This document shows positions 62,535 through 64,000 of a stretch of 64,000 bases of DNA, in pieces. Every line of letters starts with the position of its first letter. Positions within the stretch are counted from its first letter, which is position 1. The stretch spans positions 156,242,001 through 156,306,000 of the forward strand of contig NC_086097.1 of NCBI RefSeq assembly GCF_963921235.1. The letters run 5' to 3'. This stretch comes from Mobula hypostoma. Its lineage: Eukaryota. Under the pieces are notes generated by a model. The model was not told the DNA's origin. It was given only the letters and a program-made list of their open reading frames with translations, and did no database searches. A program made the translations under genes and the position numbers.

Positions 62535-63655
62535 TATAGGACCATAAGACCGTAAGACATAGAAGCAGAATTAGGCCATTTGGCCCATCGAGCCTTTTTG
62601 CCATTCAATCATGGCTGATCCTTTTCTCACCTCCTCAGCCCCACTCCCCGGCTTTCCCGCCATAACATTTGATGTCGTGTCCAATCAAGAACCTATCAAT
62701 CTCTGCCTTAAATACACCCACAAGCTGGCCTCCACAGCTGCCTGTGGTAAGAAATTCCACAAATTCTAGCTAAAGAAATTTCTCCGCATCCCTGTTTTAA
62801 ATGTATGCCTCTCTATCCTAAGGCTGTGCCCTCTTGTCCTAGACTACCTAACCATGGGAAACATCCTTTCCACATCTACTCTGTCTAGACCTTTCAACAT
62901 TTGAAAGGTGTTAATAAGATCCTCCTCATCCTTCTAAATTCTGGCGAGTACAGACCCAGAGCCATCAAATGTTCTTCGTATGATAACCCTTTCATTCCTG
63001 GAATCATCCTTGTGAAACTCCTCTGAACCCTCTCCAATGTTAGCAAAACTTTTCTTAGATAAGGAGCCCAGAACTATTCACAATACTCAAGGTGAGTCCA
63101 CACCAGTGCCTTTTAAAGACTCAGCATCACAAGCCTGCTTTTGTATTCTGGACCTCTTGAAATGAATGCTGGAATTGTATTTGCCTTCCTCACCACTGAC
63201 TCAACCTGCAAGTTAACCTTTAGGGTGTTCTGCAAGTCTCCCAAGTCTGTTTGCATCACAGGTTTTTGGATATTCTCCCCACTTAGAAAATAGTCTGCAT
63301 ATTTATTTCTTCTACCAAAGTGCATGACCATGCATTTTCCAACATTGTATTTCATTTGCCACTCTCTCGTCCATTCTTCTGATCAGTCTAAGTTCCTCTG
63401 CAGCCTACCTGTTTCCTTAACACTACCTGACCCTCCTCCAATCTTCATATCATCTGCAAATCTGGCAACAAAGCCATCTATTCTATCATATAATTCATTG
63501 ATATACAGCATAAAAAGAAGTGGTCCCAACACCGACCCCTGCGGAACATCATTAGTCACTGGTAGCCAACCAGATAAGAATCCTTTTATTCCTACTCGCT
63601 GCCTCCTAACAATCAGTCAATGCTCTAACCATGCCAGTAACTTTCCTGTAATATC
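62535..63655 (-). mobile_element. CR1 3' fragment
   Basis: Minus strand [39 protein letters not shown]-type tail at about 62545. Confidence 0.92.
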
Positions 63656-64000
63656 ACATAATGCTCCTTTGAAGCTCCACGTGACCTGTATAATATTAAA
63701 GGAGCTTTATTAAACAGATGGTTCTTGTTATTTGTTTTAACAGAATAAATCAAAAATTCAAGTTTCTTTGTTTTCACTAGTAGGTCAGGGACATAGGATT
63801 TCATAATAATGTTGATCCAAAAGAAAGATACTAAAAGCAATTGAAAGCTTCATCTCATCTGACCAATTCCTAGCCTGGTTGCTATTCCCAACAGGGTTGG
63901 CATGCTGGAGATCAGCAGGCTTCATTGTTAATTTTTACATGTCAGTACATAAAATCTGACCTGAATATTTGAACCAGATCTTATGACTTTTCATTGCCTT

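Noticed and set aside
63324..63713. 129-aa plus-strand ORF
   Set aside because: Antisense frame of CR1 RT, seen similarly for other CR1 copies

Overview
Eukaryotic, repeat-dense window with no host gene I can support. The repeat families (several CR1 subfamilies, Penelope-like elements, V-SINE-like SINEs, Rex1/Babar) suggest a cartilaginous fish such as a ray or shark; this is inferred, not proven. It contains two decayed BEL/Pao LTR retrotransposons (3052-13161 on +, 39310-46373 on - with a perfect ATGCC target-site duplication), each inserted into an older LINE and each carrying younger insertions. Also present are a near full-length CR1 (esterase ORF1 plus APE-RT ORF2), a Tc1 DNA transposon, a chromovirus-like Gypsy remnant, a solo LTR, an RNase H-bearing I/Nimb-like LINE and a Tx1/L1 3' end. 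The most notable signal is the 3' repeat of the local Penelope family. It carries a minimal type I hammerhead-ribozyme motif (AGTC-CTGAYGA-A-stem II-GAAA-CG-TC-GACT) and recurs as short non-autonomous insertions, several TSD-flanked and several fold-back. One is a 270-bp near-perfect palindrome with intact ribozyme cores on both strands (38837-39106). Boundaries of decayed repeats are approximate; TSD, LTR and palindrome coordinates were read base by base.
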